DNA of 64,000 nucleotides from Candidatus Latescibacterota bacterium (GTDB lineage Bacteria; Latescibacterota; UBA2968; UBA8231): NCBI GenBank assembly GCA_965203355.1, contig OZ241889.1, positions 320,001 to 384,000 of the forward strand, read 5' to 3'. Shown piece by piece: positions 55,508 to 64,000 of this stretch (position 1 is its first letter; each line of letters starts with the position of its first letter). The notes under the pieces were generated by a model. It saw only the letters and a program-made list of their open reading frames with translations, ran no database searches and was not told where the DNA came from. The position numbers and the translations under genes were made by a program.

Positions 55508-57895
55508 ATGCGTAGTCTATTCGTCTTAATCGGAGCCTCGTTGCTTTTTGCTTGTGGGGATCGCCAGCCGGAAGCACCGCTGGCACCGGCCGGTAAAGTT
55601 ACCGACAAATCCCTCGCCTCTGAGCGGGAAGTGTTGATCGACTTCTACAAAGCTACGGGCGGCGACAACTGGAAGAATCGCGCCGGCTGGCTCAGCGACG
55701 ATGAGCTAAAATACTGGCATGGCGTGATCACCGATGCCCAAGGCCGCGTCATTTGGTTACGCCTCAGCTCCAACGGGTTGACCGGGGAGATCGGGGAGAT
55801 CCCAAAAGTATTAGTCAAACTCAAAGAACTGAGAGAGCTATACCTCGTCGGCAACGAGTTGACCGGGGAGATTCCAAAAGAATTAGCCCAACTCGAAAAC
55901 CTGCAACTTCTAGGCCTCGGCGACGGGTTGACGGGGGAGATTCCAAAAGAATTAGCCCAACTCAAAAAACTGAGAGAGCTATACCTCGGCGGCAACAGGT
56001 TGACCGGGGAGATTCCAAAAGAATTAGCCCAACTCGACAGCCTGAGACAGCTAGACCTCAGGGGCAACGAGTTGACGGGAGAGATTCCAAAAGAATTAAC
56101 CCAACTCAAATACCTGAGATCACTAAATCTCGGCGGCAACGGGTTGACCGGGGAGATCCCAAAAGAATTAGGCCAACTCGACAGCCTGGAAAGCCTATGG
56201 CTCTACAGCAACTGGTTGACGGGAGAAATTCCAAAAGAATTAACCCAACTCAAAAAACTGACAAGCCTATACCTCAGAGTCAACCCGTTGACGGGGTGTA
56301 TCCCGGATGCTTTGCGAGAGGTAAAGTTCAATGATTTAGACATACTCAAGCTGGCCTACTGTTCGGCTGCTACCGATACCGATGAGCCTGATACCAATAC
56401 CTCGGATCGGGACGCGCTGATCGCGTTCTATAACGCTACGGGCGGCGACAACTGGAAGAAGCGCACCGGCTGGCTCAGCGACGCTCCGCTGGACCAATGG
56501 TATGGCGTATACACCGAAAACCGAAGTGACCGCGTCATTTTCTTAGCCTTCGGCGACAACGGGTTGACCGGGTCGAGACCCGAAGCATTCGCCGCATTAG
56601 CCCAACTCGAAAACCTGCAAACTCTAAGACTCGTCGCCAACAACGGGTTGACCGGGGCGATCCCAGAAGCATTCGGACAACTCGACAGCCTGAAAGAACT
56701 AACCCTCATCGCCAACGGGTTGACCGGGGAGATACCCGAAGTATTAGCACAACTCGAAAACCTCGAACAACTATCCCTCTTCGCCAACGGGTTGACCGGG
56801 GAGATACCCGAAGCGTTAGCACAACTCGAAAACCTGCAATATCTATCCCTCATGGGCAACGGGTTGACCGGGGAGATACCTGAAGCATTAGCCCAACTCG
56901 AAAACCTGAGATTCCTATACCTCGCCAGCAACCAGTTGACCGGGGAGATACCTGAAGCATTAGCCCAACTCGAAAACCTCGAACAACTATGGCTCTTTGA
57001 CAACGAGTTGACCGGGGAGATCCCCGAAGCATTAGCCCAACTCGAAAACCTGAGAAACCTAAGCCTCGGCGGCAACGAGTTGACCGGGGAGATACCTGAA
57101 GCATTAGCCCAACTCGACAGCCTGAGAGAGCTAAGCCTCGGCGACAACGAGTTGACCGGGGCGATCCCAAAAGAATTAGCCCAACTCGAAAACCTCGAAC
57201 AACTATCCCTCTCCCGCAACCAGTTGACCGGGGCGATTCCAAAAGAATTAGCCCAACTCGAAAACCTCGAACAACTATACCTCATCGACAATGAGTTGAC
57301 GGGGTGTATCCCGGTTGCTTTGCAAGCGGTACAATACAGTGATTTAGACAGACTCGGGTTGGACTACTGTTCGGCTGATACCGATACCGATGAACCTGTT
57401 ACCACCCAGCCTGAGCCTGTTACCACCGAGCCGGTTACCACCGATCCTGTTACCGATGAGCCGGTTGTCGATGAGCCTGTTACCACCGACCCTGTTGTCG
57501 ATGACTCGGATCGGGACGCGCTGATCGCGTTCTATAAAGCTACGGGCGGCGATGGCTGGAAGAAGCGCGGCGGCTGGAACAGCGACGCTCCGCTGAACCA
57601 ATGGCATGGCGTAACCACCGACGACCAAGGCCGCGTCACGGGCTTAAACCTCGTCAAAAACAGGTTGACGGGAGAAATTCCCGAAGCCCTGGGAGAACTG
57701 GCAAACTTGCAAATCCTAAAACTGACCGCCAACCAGTTGACCGGCAAGATTCCCGAAGCCCTGGGGAAACTCGAGAAACTGCAAATCCTAAAACTCAGAA
57801 AAAATCAGTTGACCGGGTGTATCCCGGCTGTTTTGCAAGCGCAAGCGATACCGAACCATGATTTAGACAGACTCGGGCTGGCCTTCTGCGAGTAA
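55508..57895 (+). CDS. Plant-specific-type LRR lipoprotein 1 (three capped LRR blocks, EPVTT linker)
   Basis: Lipobox LFAC; 24-aa repeats LxxLxLxxNxLTGEIPxxLAQL; N-caps DRDALIAFY.ATGG..W....GW; C-caps GCIP...L.L..C. Confidence 0.93.
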   Translation: MRSLFVLIGASLLFACGDRQPEAPLAPAGKVTDKSLASEREVLIDFYKATGGDNWKNRAGWLSDDELKYWHGVITDAQGRVIWLRLSSNGLTGEIGEIPKVLVKLKELRELYLVGNELTGEIPKELAQLENLQLLGLGDGLTGEIPKELAQLKKLRELYLGGNRLTGEIPKELAQLDSLRQLDLRGNELTGEIPKELTQLKYLRSLNLGGNGLTGEIPKELGQLDSLESLWLYSNWLTGEIPKELTQLKKLTSLYLRVNPLTGCIPDALREVKFNDLDILKLAYCSAATDTDEPDTNTSDRDALIAFYNATGGDNWKKRTGWLSDAPLDQWYGVYTENRSDRVIFLAFGDNGLTGSRPEAFAALAQLENLQTLRLVANNGLTGAIPEAFGQLDSLKELTLIANGLTGEIPEVLAQLENLEQLSLFANGLTGEIPEALAQLENLQYLSLMGNGLTGEIPEALAQLENLRFLYLASNQLTGEIPEALAQLENLEQLWLFDNELTGEIPEALAQLENLRNLSLGGNELTGEIPEALAQLDSLRELSLGDNELTGAIPKELAQLENLEQLSLSRNQLTGAIPKELAQLENLEQLYLIDNELTGCIPVALQAVQYSDLDRLGLDYCSADTDTDEPVTTQPEPVTTEPVTTDPVTDEPVVDEPVTTDPVVDDSDRDALIAFYKATGGDGWKKRGGWNSDAPLNQWHGVTTDDQGRVTGLNLVKNRLTGEIPEALGELANLQILKLTANQLTGKIPEALGKLEKLQILKLRKNQLTGCIPAVLQAQAIPNHDLDRLGLAFCE

Positions 57896-57901
57896 TCGCC
57901 C
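57505..57901 (+). repeat. ~395-bp near-identical direct repeat (copy at 59897-60293)
   Basis: The C-terminal LRR block is shared by both LRR genes at a constant offset of 2392 bp. Confidence 0.9.
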
Positions 57902-58046
57902 CGCACGTCGGTAGTGGTGCGTTTTGCAGTCTCAAAAGGGAATAAGGTCCTTGGATAAGCCCATGTTCAACGCACTCGTCTTACATACGCGGTGGCCGTC
58001 GCAAACCTCGACGAAAGCCGCCATACAACCTCGGAAAGGATTTGCC

Positions 58047-60287
58047 ATGCGTAGTCTATTCGTCCTGCTCGGAGCCTCGTTGCTTTTTGCTTGTGGCGAT
58101 CGTCAGCCGGAAAGCCCCGCTTCGTCCCCGCTGGCTCCGTTGGCACCGGCCGGTAAAGTTACCGACAATTCCTCTGAGCGGGAAGTGTTGATCGCGTTCT
58201 ACAAAGCTACGGGCGGCGACAACTGGAAGAATCGCACCGGCTGGCTCAGTGACGCCCCGCTGAACCAATGGGATGGCGTGACCACCGACGCCCGAGGCCG
58301 CGTCATTACCTTACGCCTCTACGACAACGGGTTGACCGGAGAGATACCCGAAGCATTAGCCCAACTCGAAAACCTGAGAAGCCTATACCTCAATAACAAC
58401 GGGTTGACCGGGAAGATACCCGAAACATTAGCCCAACTCAAAAACCTGAGAAACCTATGGCTCTTTGACAACGGGTTGACCGGGAAGATACCCGAAGCAT
58501 TAGCCCAACTCGAAAACCTGAGAAGCCTATACCTCAATAACAACGGGTTGACCGGGAAGATACCCGAAACATTAGCCCAACTCGAAAACCTGGAACAGCT
58601 AGACCTCGGCAACAACGAGTTGACCGGGGCGATACCCGAAACATTAGCCCAACTCGAAAACCTGAAAATCCTAACCCTCTCCCGCAACGGGTTGACCGGG
58701 GCGATCCCCGAAACATTAGCCCAACTCAAAAACCTGAGATGGCTACACCTCGTCGGCAACGGGTTGACCGGGAAGATCCCCGAAGCCTTGGGAAAACTCG
58801 AAAACCTGGAACAGCTAGACCTCAGATTCAACGGGTTGACCGGGAAGATCCCCGAAGCCTTGGGAAAACTCGAAAACCTGGAACACCTACTTCTCCGCGA
58901 CAACCAGTTGACCGGGGAAATTCCCAAAGCATTAGGAAAACTTGAAAACCTGAGAGCTCTAGCACTCTCCGACAACCAGTTGACGGGGTGCATCCCGGCC
59001 GCTTTGCGAGCGATAGAGATGTTCTGGGATGATTTGGACCGACTAGGGCTAGACGACTGTGTGGCTGATACCGATGAGCCTGTTACCGATACCTCGGATC
59101 GGGACGCGCTGATCGCGTTCTATGAAGCTACGGGCGGCGACAACTGGAAGAATCGCACCGGCTGGAATAGCGATGCTCCGCTGAATCAATGGCATGGCGT
59201 GACCACCGACGACCAAGGCCGCGTCACGGGCTTGAACCTCGGCAACAACGGGTTGACGGGAGAGATACCCGAAGCATTAGCCCAACTCGAAAACCTGAGC
59301 GCTCTATCCCTCTTCGACAACAGGTTGACCGGGGCAATTCCCGAAGCATTAGCCCAACTCGAAAATCTGACAGAGCTATACCTCTTCGGCAACGAGTTGA
59401 CCGGGGCGATTCCCAGAGAATTAGCCCAACTCGAAAACCTGAGATGGCTATACATCGGCAGAAACGGGTTGACGGGAGAAATTCCCAAAGAATTAGCCCA
59501 ACTCAAAAACTTGGAACTCCTAGACCTCAACCACAGCGGGTTGACGGGGAACATTCCCAAAGAATTAGCCCAACTCGAAAACCTGAGAGATCTAGACCTC
59601 AACCACAACGGGTTGACGGGGAACATTCCCGCCGCATTAGCCCAACTCGAAAACCTGACATACCTAAACCTCTCCAACAACGGGTTGACGGGAGAGATAC
59701 CCGAAGCATTAGCCCAACTCGAAAACCTGACAGAGCTATACCTCAGAGACAACCCGTTGACGGGGTGTATCCCGGCTTCTTTGCAAGCGATACGGCACCA
59801 TGATTTAGGCAGACTCGGGCTGGACGACTGTTCGGCTGGTACCGATGATTCTGACACCGATGACTCTGATATCACCGATGAGCCGGTTATCGATACCTCG
59901 GATAGGGACGCGCTGATCGCGTTCTATCAGGCTACGGGCGGCGATGGCTGGAAGAAGCGCGGCGGCTGGAACAGCGACGCTCCGCTGAACCAATGGCATG
60001 GCGTAACCACCGACGACCAAGGCCGCGTCACGGGCTTAAACCTCGTCAAAAACAGGTTGACGGGAGAAATTCCCGAAGCCCTGGGAGAACTGGCAAACTT
60101 GCAAATCCTAAAACTGACCGCCAACCAGTTGACCGGCAAGATTCCCGAAGCCCTGGGGAAACTCGAGAAACTGCAAATCCTAAAACTCAGAAAAAATCAG
60201 TTGACCGGGTGCATCCCGGCTGTTTTGCAAGCGCAAGCGATACCGAACCATGATTTAGACAGACTCGGGCTGGCCTTCTGCGAGTAA
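58047..60287 (+). CDS. Plant-specific-type LRR lipoprotein 2
   Basis: AAAGGA RBS; nearly the same signal peptide (MRSLFVLLGASLLFACGDRQPE) and architecture as gene 1. Confidence 0.93.
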   Translation: MRSLFVLLGASLLFACGDRQPESPASSPLAPLAPAGKVTDNSSEREVLIAFYKATGGDNWKNRTGWLSDAPLNQWDGVTTDARGRVITLRLYDNGLTGEIPEALAQLENLRSLYLNNNGLTGKIPETLAQLKNLRNLWLFDNGLTGKIPEALAQLENLRSLYLNNNGLTGKIPETLAQLENLEQLDLGNNELTGAIPETLAQLENLKILTLSRNGLTGAIPETLAQLKNLRWLHLVGNGLTGKIPEALGKLENLEQLDLRFNGLTGKIPEALGKLENLEHLLLRDNQLTGEIPKALGKLENLRALALSDNQLTGCIPAALRAIEMFWDDLDRLGLDDCVADTDEPVTDTSDRDALIAFYEATGGDNWKNRTGWNSDAPLNQWHGVTTDDQGRVTGLNLGNNGLTGEIPEALAQLENLSALSLFDNRLTGAIPEALAQLENLTELYLFGNELTGAIPRELAQLENLRWLYIGRNGLTGEIPKELAQLKNLELLDLNHSGLTGNIPKELAQLENLRDLDLNHNGLTGNIPAALAQLENLTYLNLSNNGLTGEIPEALAQLENLTELYLRDNPLTGCIPASLQAIRHHDLGRLGLDDCSAGTDDSDTDDSDITDEPVIDTSDRDALIAFYQATGGDGWKKRGGWNSDAPLNQWHGVTTDDQGRVTGLNLVKNRLTGEIPEALGELANLQILKLTANQLTGKIPEALGKLEKLQILKLRKNQLTGCIPAVLQAQAIPNHDLDRLGLAFCE

Positions 60288-60301
60288 TCGCCCTGTGCGG
60301 C

Positions 60302-60391
60302 GGTAGTGGTGCGTTTTGAAATCTCCAATTGTCGCGGTGCGTTTTCGGTGCCGGGGCGCCCCTTTCAACCGGATCAAAACGCACCACTACC
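60302..60391. mobile_element. MITE related to 28975-29056 (inverted orientation)
   Basis: TIR ggtagtggtgcgttttga / tcaaaacgcaccactacc; internal aatctccaattgtcgcggtgcgtt is shared with the 29-kb copy; a lone end lies at 57910-57926. Confidence 0.8.
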
Positions 60392-60432
60392 TAGCTTTTG
60401 GGAGGGAACAACGGGACTTACATTAAACATGT

Positions 60433-61332
60433 ATGGAATTGACGTTGGGATGTCCCATAAATGTAGCCGTGCAGCGGACCGGGCTTTCGGCCCACGTCAT
60501 CCGCGTCTGGGAAAAGCGCTATCAAGCGGTGGTGCCCGCACGGTCGGAGACCAATAGACGGCTTTATTCGGACGCGGACATCGCACGCCTACAAGTGTTG
60601 CAGCGGGCGGTTCAGGTCGGACATAACATTGGCCGCATCGCTCATCTTCCCACGCCCCAGTTGGAGCAGCTGGTCCGTCCTGATGGAGTGAGTGAGGAAA
60701 AAGACCCTGGGGAATTTCTCGAACAAGCCTTAGTCGCAGTACAAAGGTTAGACGCGATCTCGCTCGAAAATCAGCTCGTCCGCGCCTCCATCGCGTTGAG
60801 CCAACCGTGCCTGATCGAAGAAGTGGTGCAGCCGCTTATGGAGTGCGTCGGCCAGAGGTGGCAGGCGGGCACCTTGCGAATAGCCGACGAACACATGGCC
60901 TCGGCCGTGGTGCGCAGCTTTATCGGCAACCTACGCGCCAGTTTCCAAATATCGGCGACCGCTCCCCATGTCATTGCGACCACGCCCGCCGGGCAGTTGC
61001 ACGAGATAGGGGCCTTGCTCGCGACAGTCGTGGCCACGTCAGAAGGCTGGAATTCGACGTTTCTGGGGGCCAACCTACCAGCCGAGGAAATCGCCGGAGC
61101 CGCCGTGCAAAAGGATGCCAAGGCTGTCTTGCTCAGCATCATCTATCCGGGCGACGATCCCCATCTGGGCGGCGAGTTGCTCAAATTGCGCCGGCTGCTG
61201 GGCGACGACATGGCCCTGCTCGTTGGCGGCCGGGCCGCCTGGCATTACCAGCGTTTTCTCAGCCAAGCTAGGGCCGTTAGCCTAGCAAACCTGAGTGACT
61301 TGCGCGATTCCCTGAATTCTTTGCGCCCGTAG
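60433..61332 (+). CDS. carH: MerR-family B12-binding transcriptional regulator (CarH/LitR-like)
   Basis: IRVWEKRY...P.R.....R.YS..DI; W-x9-EH (WQAGTLRIADEH); QLHEIG...FLGA.LP...S...GG cobalamin fold. Confidence 0.85.
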   Translation: MELTLGCPINVAVQRTGLSAHVIRVWEKRYQAVVPARSETNRRLYSDADIARLQVLQRAVQVGHNIGRIAHLPTPQLEQLVRPDGVSEEKDPGEFLEQALVAVQRLDAISLENQLVRASIALSQPCLIEEVVQPLMECVGQRWQAGTLRIADEHMASAVVRSFIGNLRASFQISATAPHVIATTPAGQLHEIGALLATVVATSEGWNSTFLGANLPAEEIAGAAVQKDAKAVLLSIIYPGDDPHLGGELLKLRRLLGDDMALLVGGRAAWHYQRFLSQARAVSLANLSDLRDSLNSLRP

Positions 61333-61396
61333 GGGCAAGACGCGGACTGGGGTGGATTCTCATACGAGGGTAAAACAAGTGACAGCTAGGAATCAA

Positions 61397-62350
61397 ATGG
61401 AACATACAAACGCACCGCCGCTCAAAGGCTGGCGGCTGGCTTTTCTGCGCTGGTTTAAGGGCGATGAGGCCGTTGTCGCCGCGGTCGCCGAAGGCGAGCA
61501 GCAAGTCGATTGGGTCCGCATGGTGCCTTTTGCGGCACTGCACTTGAGTTGTCTCGGGGTTTTGTGGGTGGGTTGGAGTCCCGTGGCCGTGGGCGTGGCG
61601 GTTGTGGCCTACTGGGTGCGGATGTTCGCCATAACCGGGTTTTACCACCGCTACTTTTCGCACCGCACGTTCAAGACCTCGCGGGCCGGGCAGTTCCTCT
61701 TTGCCGTGCTGGGCAATACAGCCGTGCAGCGCGGGCCGTTGTGGTGGGCCGGGCACCACCGCCACCACCATCGCCACTCCGATGTGGCCAGCGACGTGCA
61801 TTCGCCCAAAGAGCACGGGTTTTGGTGGAGCCACGTACTGTGGATCACCTCGCGGTCGAATTTTCCCACCCGTCTGTACAATGTGCGCGACTTGGCCCGT
61901 TTTCCCGAACTGCGCTTGCTCGACCGCTTTGACATCGTCGTGCCCATTTTGCTAGCAGTGGCGATGTACGCCTTAGGGGAGTATTGTGGCAGCCGCTTCC
62001 CGGCGTCGGGCACCAGCGGCTGGCAGATGCTCGTCTGGGGGTTCTCCATTTCCACCATCGTCCTGTTCCACGGCACCTGCACCATCAATTCGCTCTCCCA
62101 TCTCTTTGGTCGCCGCCGCTTTGCCACCCAAGACCACAGCCGCAATAACATCTGGCTGGCACTCATCACTATGGGCGAAGGCTGGCACAACAATCACCAC
62201 TATTACCCGGGGGCAGCGCGGCAGGGTTTTTACTGGTGGGAGCTCGACCCAACCTATTACCTGCTCAAAGTGCTGTCGTGGATCGGTCTGGTGCGCGATC
62301 TTCGGCCCGTGCCCAAGCGAGTTTACGACCGGGCGATCCGCAGGCCATGA
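61397..62350 (+). CDS. Acyl-CoA (delta-9-type) fatty acid desaturase
   Basis: His boxes YHRYFSHR, HRHHHRHSD, GEGWHNNHH. Confidence 0.93.
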   Translation: MEHTNAPPLKGWRLAFLRWFKGDEAVVAAVAEGEQQVDWVRMVPFAALHLSCLGVLWVGWSPVAVGVAVVAYWVRMFAITGFYHRYFSHRTFKTSRAGQFLFAVLGNTAVQRGPLWWAGHHRHHHRHSDVASDVHSPKEHGFWWSHVLWITSRSNFPTRLYNVRDLARFPELRLLDRFDIVVPILLAVAMYALGEYCGSRFPASGTSGWQMLVWGFSISTIVLFHGTCTINSLSHLFGRRRFATQDHSRNNIWLALITMGEGWHNNHHYYPGAARQGFYWWELDPTYYLLKVLSWIGLVRDLRPVPKRVYDRAIRRP

Positions 62351-63609
62351 AGCCGGGGCCGGGGCGGCGCATCGCCGTAGTGGGGGGAGGTATCTCCGGC
62401 TTGGTCGCGGCCTATCTGCTGCACTCCGATCACCACCTCACGCTGTTTGAAGCCAACGATTACATCGGCGGCCATACCCGTACCTTAGAAGTCGAGCAGG
62501 AAGGGCGCTCCTATGCGGTGGATACCGGCTTTATCGTCTTCAACGAACCCAACTACCCGCAGTTCAATCGCCTGTTGCAGCATTTGGGCGTGGCTTCCCA
62601 GCCAACTCAAATGGGGTTCAGCGTCAAATGCGACCGCACGGGTCTGGAATACGCCAGCACACCGCTGAGCAGTCTGCTGGCCCAGCGGCGCAATGCGCTG
62701 CGGCCGTCGTTCTACCGCATGTTGGCCGATATCTTGCGCTTCAACCGCGAGGCACCCGAGTTATTGCGCGATCCCAATGACGCTACTACCCTCGGCGATT
62801 ATCTGGCCGACAACGGCTACTCCCAGGCTTTTGTCCAACACCATATCATCCCCTTGGGGTCGGCCCTGTGGTCGGCCTTGCCCGACCGCATGTGCGAGTT
62901 TCCAGCGCACTACTTCGTCCAGTTTTTCGCCAACCACGCTTTTTTGCAAGTGCGCGGACGAACGCCTTGGCGCGTCATCAAAGGAGGCTCGCAGCGCTAC
63001 GTCGAGGCGCTGATCCGCCCCTTTAGAGAGCGCATCCGCGTCAATTGTCCCGTGGCTTCGGTGCGGCGTTTGCGCCAAGGAGTGGAAGTGCGGCCTCGGG
63101 CCGGAGAACCCGAACACTTCGACGAAGTCATCTTGGCCGTACACAGCGACCAGGCACTGCGGCTATTGGCCGATCCGGCCCCAGTCGAGCGCCGAGTGCT
63201 CGGAGCCATGCCGTATCAAGCCAACGATGTCGTCCTCCACACCGACGCATCCGTGTTGCCCAAGCGCCGCCGCGCCTGGGCTAGCTGGAATTACTACATC
63301 CCGCCCGACAGGGGATGCCCCGCCACCGTCACGTACAATATGAACATCCTCCAAAGCATGGAGAGCCACCAACCCTTCTGCGTCAGCCTCAACCGCACCA
63401 ACGACATTGATCCAGAGCAGCGCATCGCCCGCATGACCTATCACCACCCAGTCTATTCGCCGGCCTCAGTCGCCGCGCAAAAGCAGCGGTCTCGCATCGA
63501 CGGGGTCGATCGCGTCCACTACTGCGGCGCCTATTGGGGCTTTGGTTTTCACGAGGACGGGGTAGCCAGTGCCTTGGAAGTAACGCGGCGCTTTGGCAAG
63601 ACCCTATGA
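62347..63609 (+). CDS. FAD-dependent oxidoreductase (cyclopropane/furan fatty-acid cluster; UfaD-like)
   Basis: IAVVGGGISGL, GGH..T, VDTGFIVFN..NYP, WASWNY, Y.HP, CGAYWG.GFHEDG; ATGA-coupled. Confidence 0.9.
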   Translation: MKPGPGRRIAVVGGGISGLVAAYLLHSDHHLTLFEANDYIGGHTRTLEVEQEGRSYAVDTGFIVFNEPNYPQFNRLLQHLGVASQPTQMGFSVKCDRTGLEYASTPLSSLLAQRRNALRPSFYRMLADILRFNREAPELLRDPNDATTLGDYLADNGYSQAFVQHHIIPLGSALWSALPDRMCEFPAHYFVQFFANHAFLQVRGRTPWRVIKGGSQRYVEALIRPFRERIRVNCPVASVRRLRQGVEVRPRAGEPEHFDEVILAVHSDQALRLLADPAPVERRVLGAMPYQANDVVLHTDASVLPKRRRAWASWNYYIPPDRGCPATVTYNMNILQSMESHQPFCVSLNRTNDIDPEQRIARMTYHHPVYSPASVAAQKQRSRIDGVDRVHYCGAYWGFGFHEDGVASALEVTRRFGKTL

Positions 63610-64000
63610 GCCGCCATAGCTGCATATACGAAGGGCGGGTGCGGCATCGCCGCTTTGCTCCAGTAGCTCACGTTTTTGAGTACCGGCTCTTTATGATGTA
63701 CCTCGATTTAGCCGAATTGCCCCGCTTGTTCGACGGGCGTTGGCTGTGGTCGGCGCAGCGGCCCAACGTGGCCTATTTCCGCCGCGCCGATCACTTGGGC
63801 GCGCCGCAGCATCCCCTAGCGGATTGCGTCCGGCAATTAGTCAAAGACGAGAGCGGACACTATCCCAACGGGCCGGTCCGCTTGCTAACGCACCTGCGCT
63901 ACGGCGGGTACGGCTTCAATCCGGTCAGCTTTTACTACTGCTTCGACCGCGATGACCGGCGCGTCGAGACGGTGGTCGGCGAGGTAAATAACACGCCTTG
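63606..64000 (+). CDS. DUF1365-family protein (UfaO-like), runs off the window
   Basis: Manual translation MSRHSCIYEGRVRHRRFAPVAHVFEY...LLTHLRYGGYGFNPVSFYYC...EVNNTP. Confidence 0.92.
   Translation, partial: MSRHSCIYEGRVRHRRFAPVAHVFEYRLFMMYLDLAELPRLFDGRWLWSAQRPNVAYFRRADHLGAPQHPLADCVRQLVKDESGHYPNGPVRLLTHLRYGGYGFNPVSFYYCFDRDDRRVETVVGEVNNTP

Noticed and set aside
55760-60220. CRISPR array or DGR in the 72-bp periodic region
   Set aside because: The repeats are in-frame LRR codons. No reverse transcriptase or template-repeat pair is visible in the window.
1-64000. tRNA, rRNA or prophage genes
   Set aside because: None recognised by eye; no integrase or phage structural genes in the ORF set.

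Overview
A 64-kb bacterial window with a GC-rich core and several AT-richer accessory islets. FlgD/T9SS-like C-terminal domains, a TAVE-x3-WG-x2-K tail, a DUF6785-type membrane protein, SusC/SusD and plant-like LRR lipoproteins suggest an FCB-group organism such as Latescibacterota or Gemmatimonadota, possibly a sponge symbiont. That assignment is inference. Core genes: uvrA (partial), a nucleotidyltransferase, a MetE-like protein, hemB, pyrD, transporters and catabolic enzymes. Accessory content: one IS5-family element, an IS1-like MITE, at least five toxin-antitoxin modules or remnants, a TerB-containing three-gene operon, and several pseudogenes. The most striking candidate system is an AT-rich minus-strand cassette (15.2-17.7 kb). 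It encodes an 8-Cys secreted peptide with an Flp-pilin-type leader, an A24 prepilin peptidase, a thioredoxin-like protein and an FMN-binding/CxxC protein, with no pilus genes nearby. It sits between two near-identical metalloprotease paralogues, and its candidate promoter has a poly-T spacer. Other highlights: a structured-RNA/33-bp inverted-repeat element enclosing a 4.6-kb variable cassette; a probable CarH (B12 photoreceptor) regulon containing SusCD and hypervariable LRR lipoproteins; a solitary type I-C-like CRISPR repeat; and TA modules flanked by duplicated gene starts. All calls come from reading the sequence; no database searches were run.
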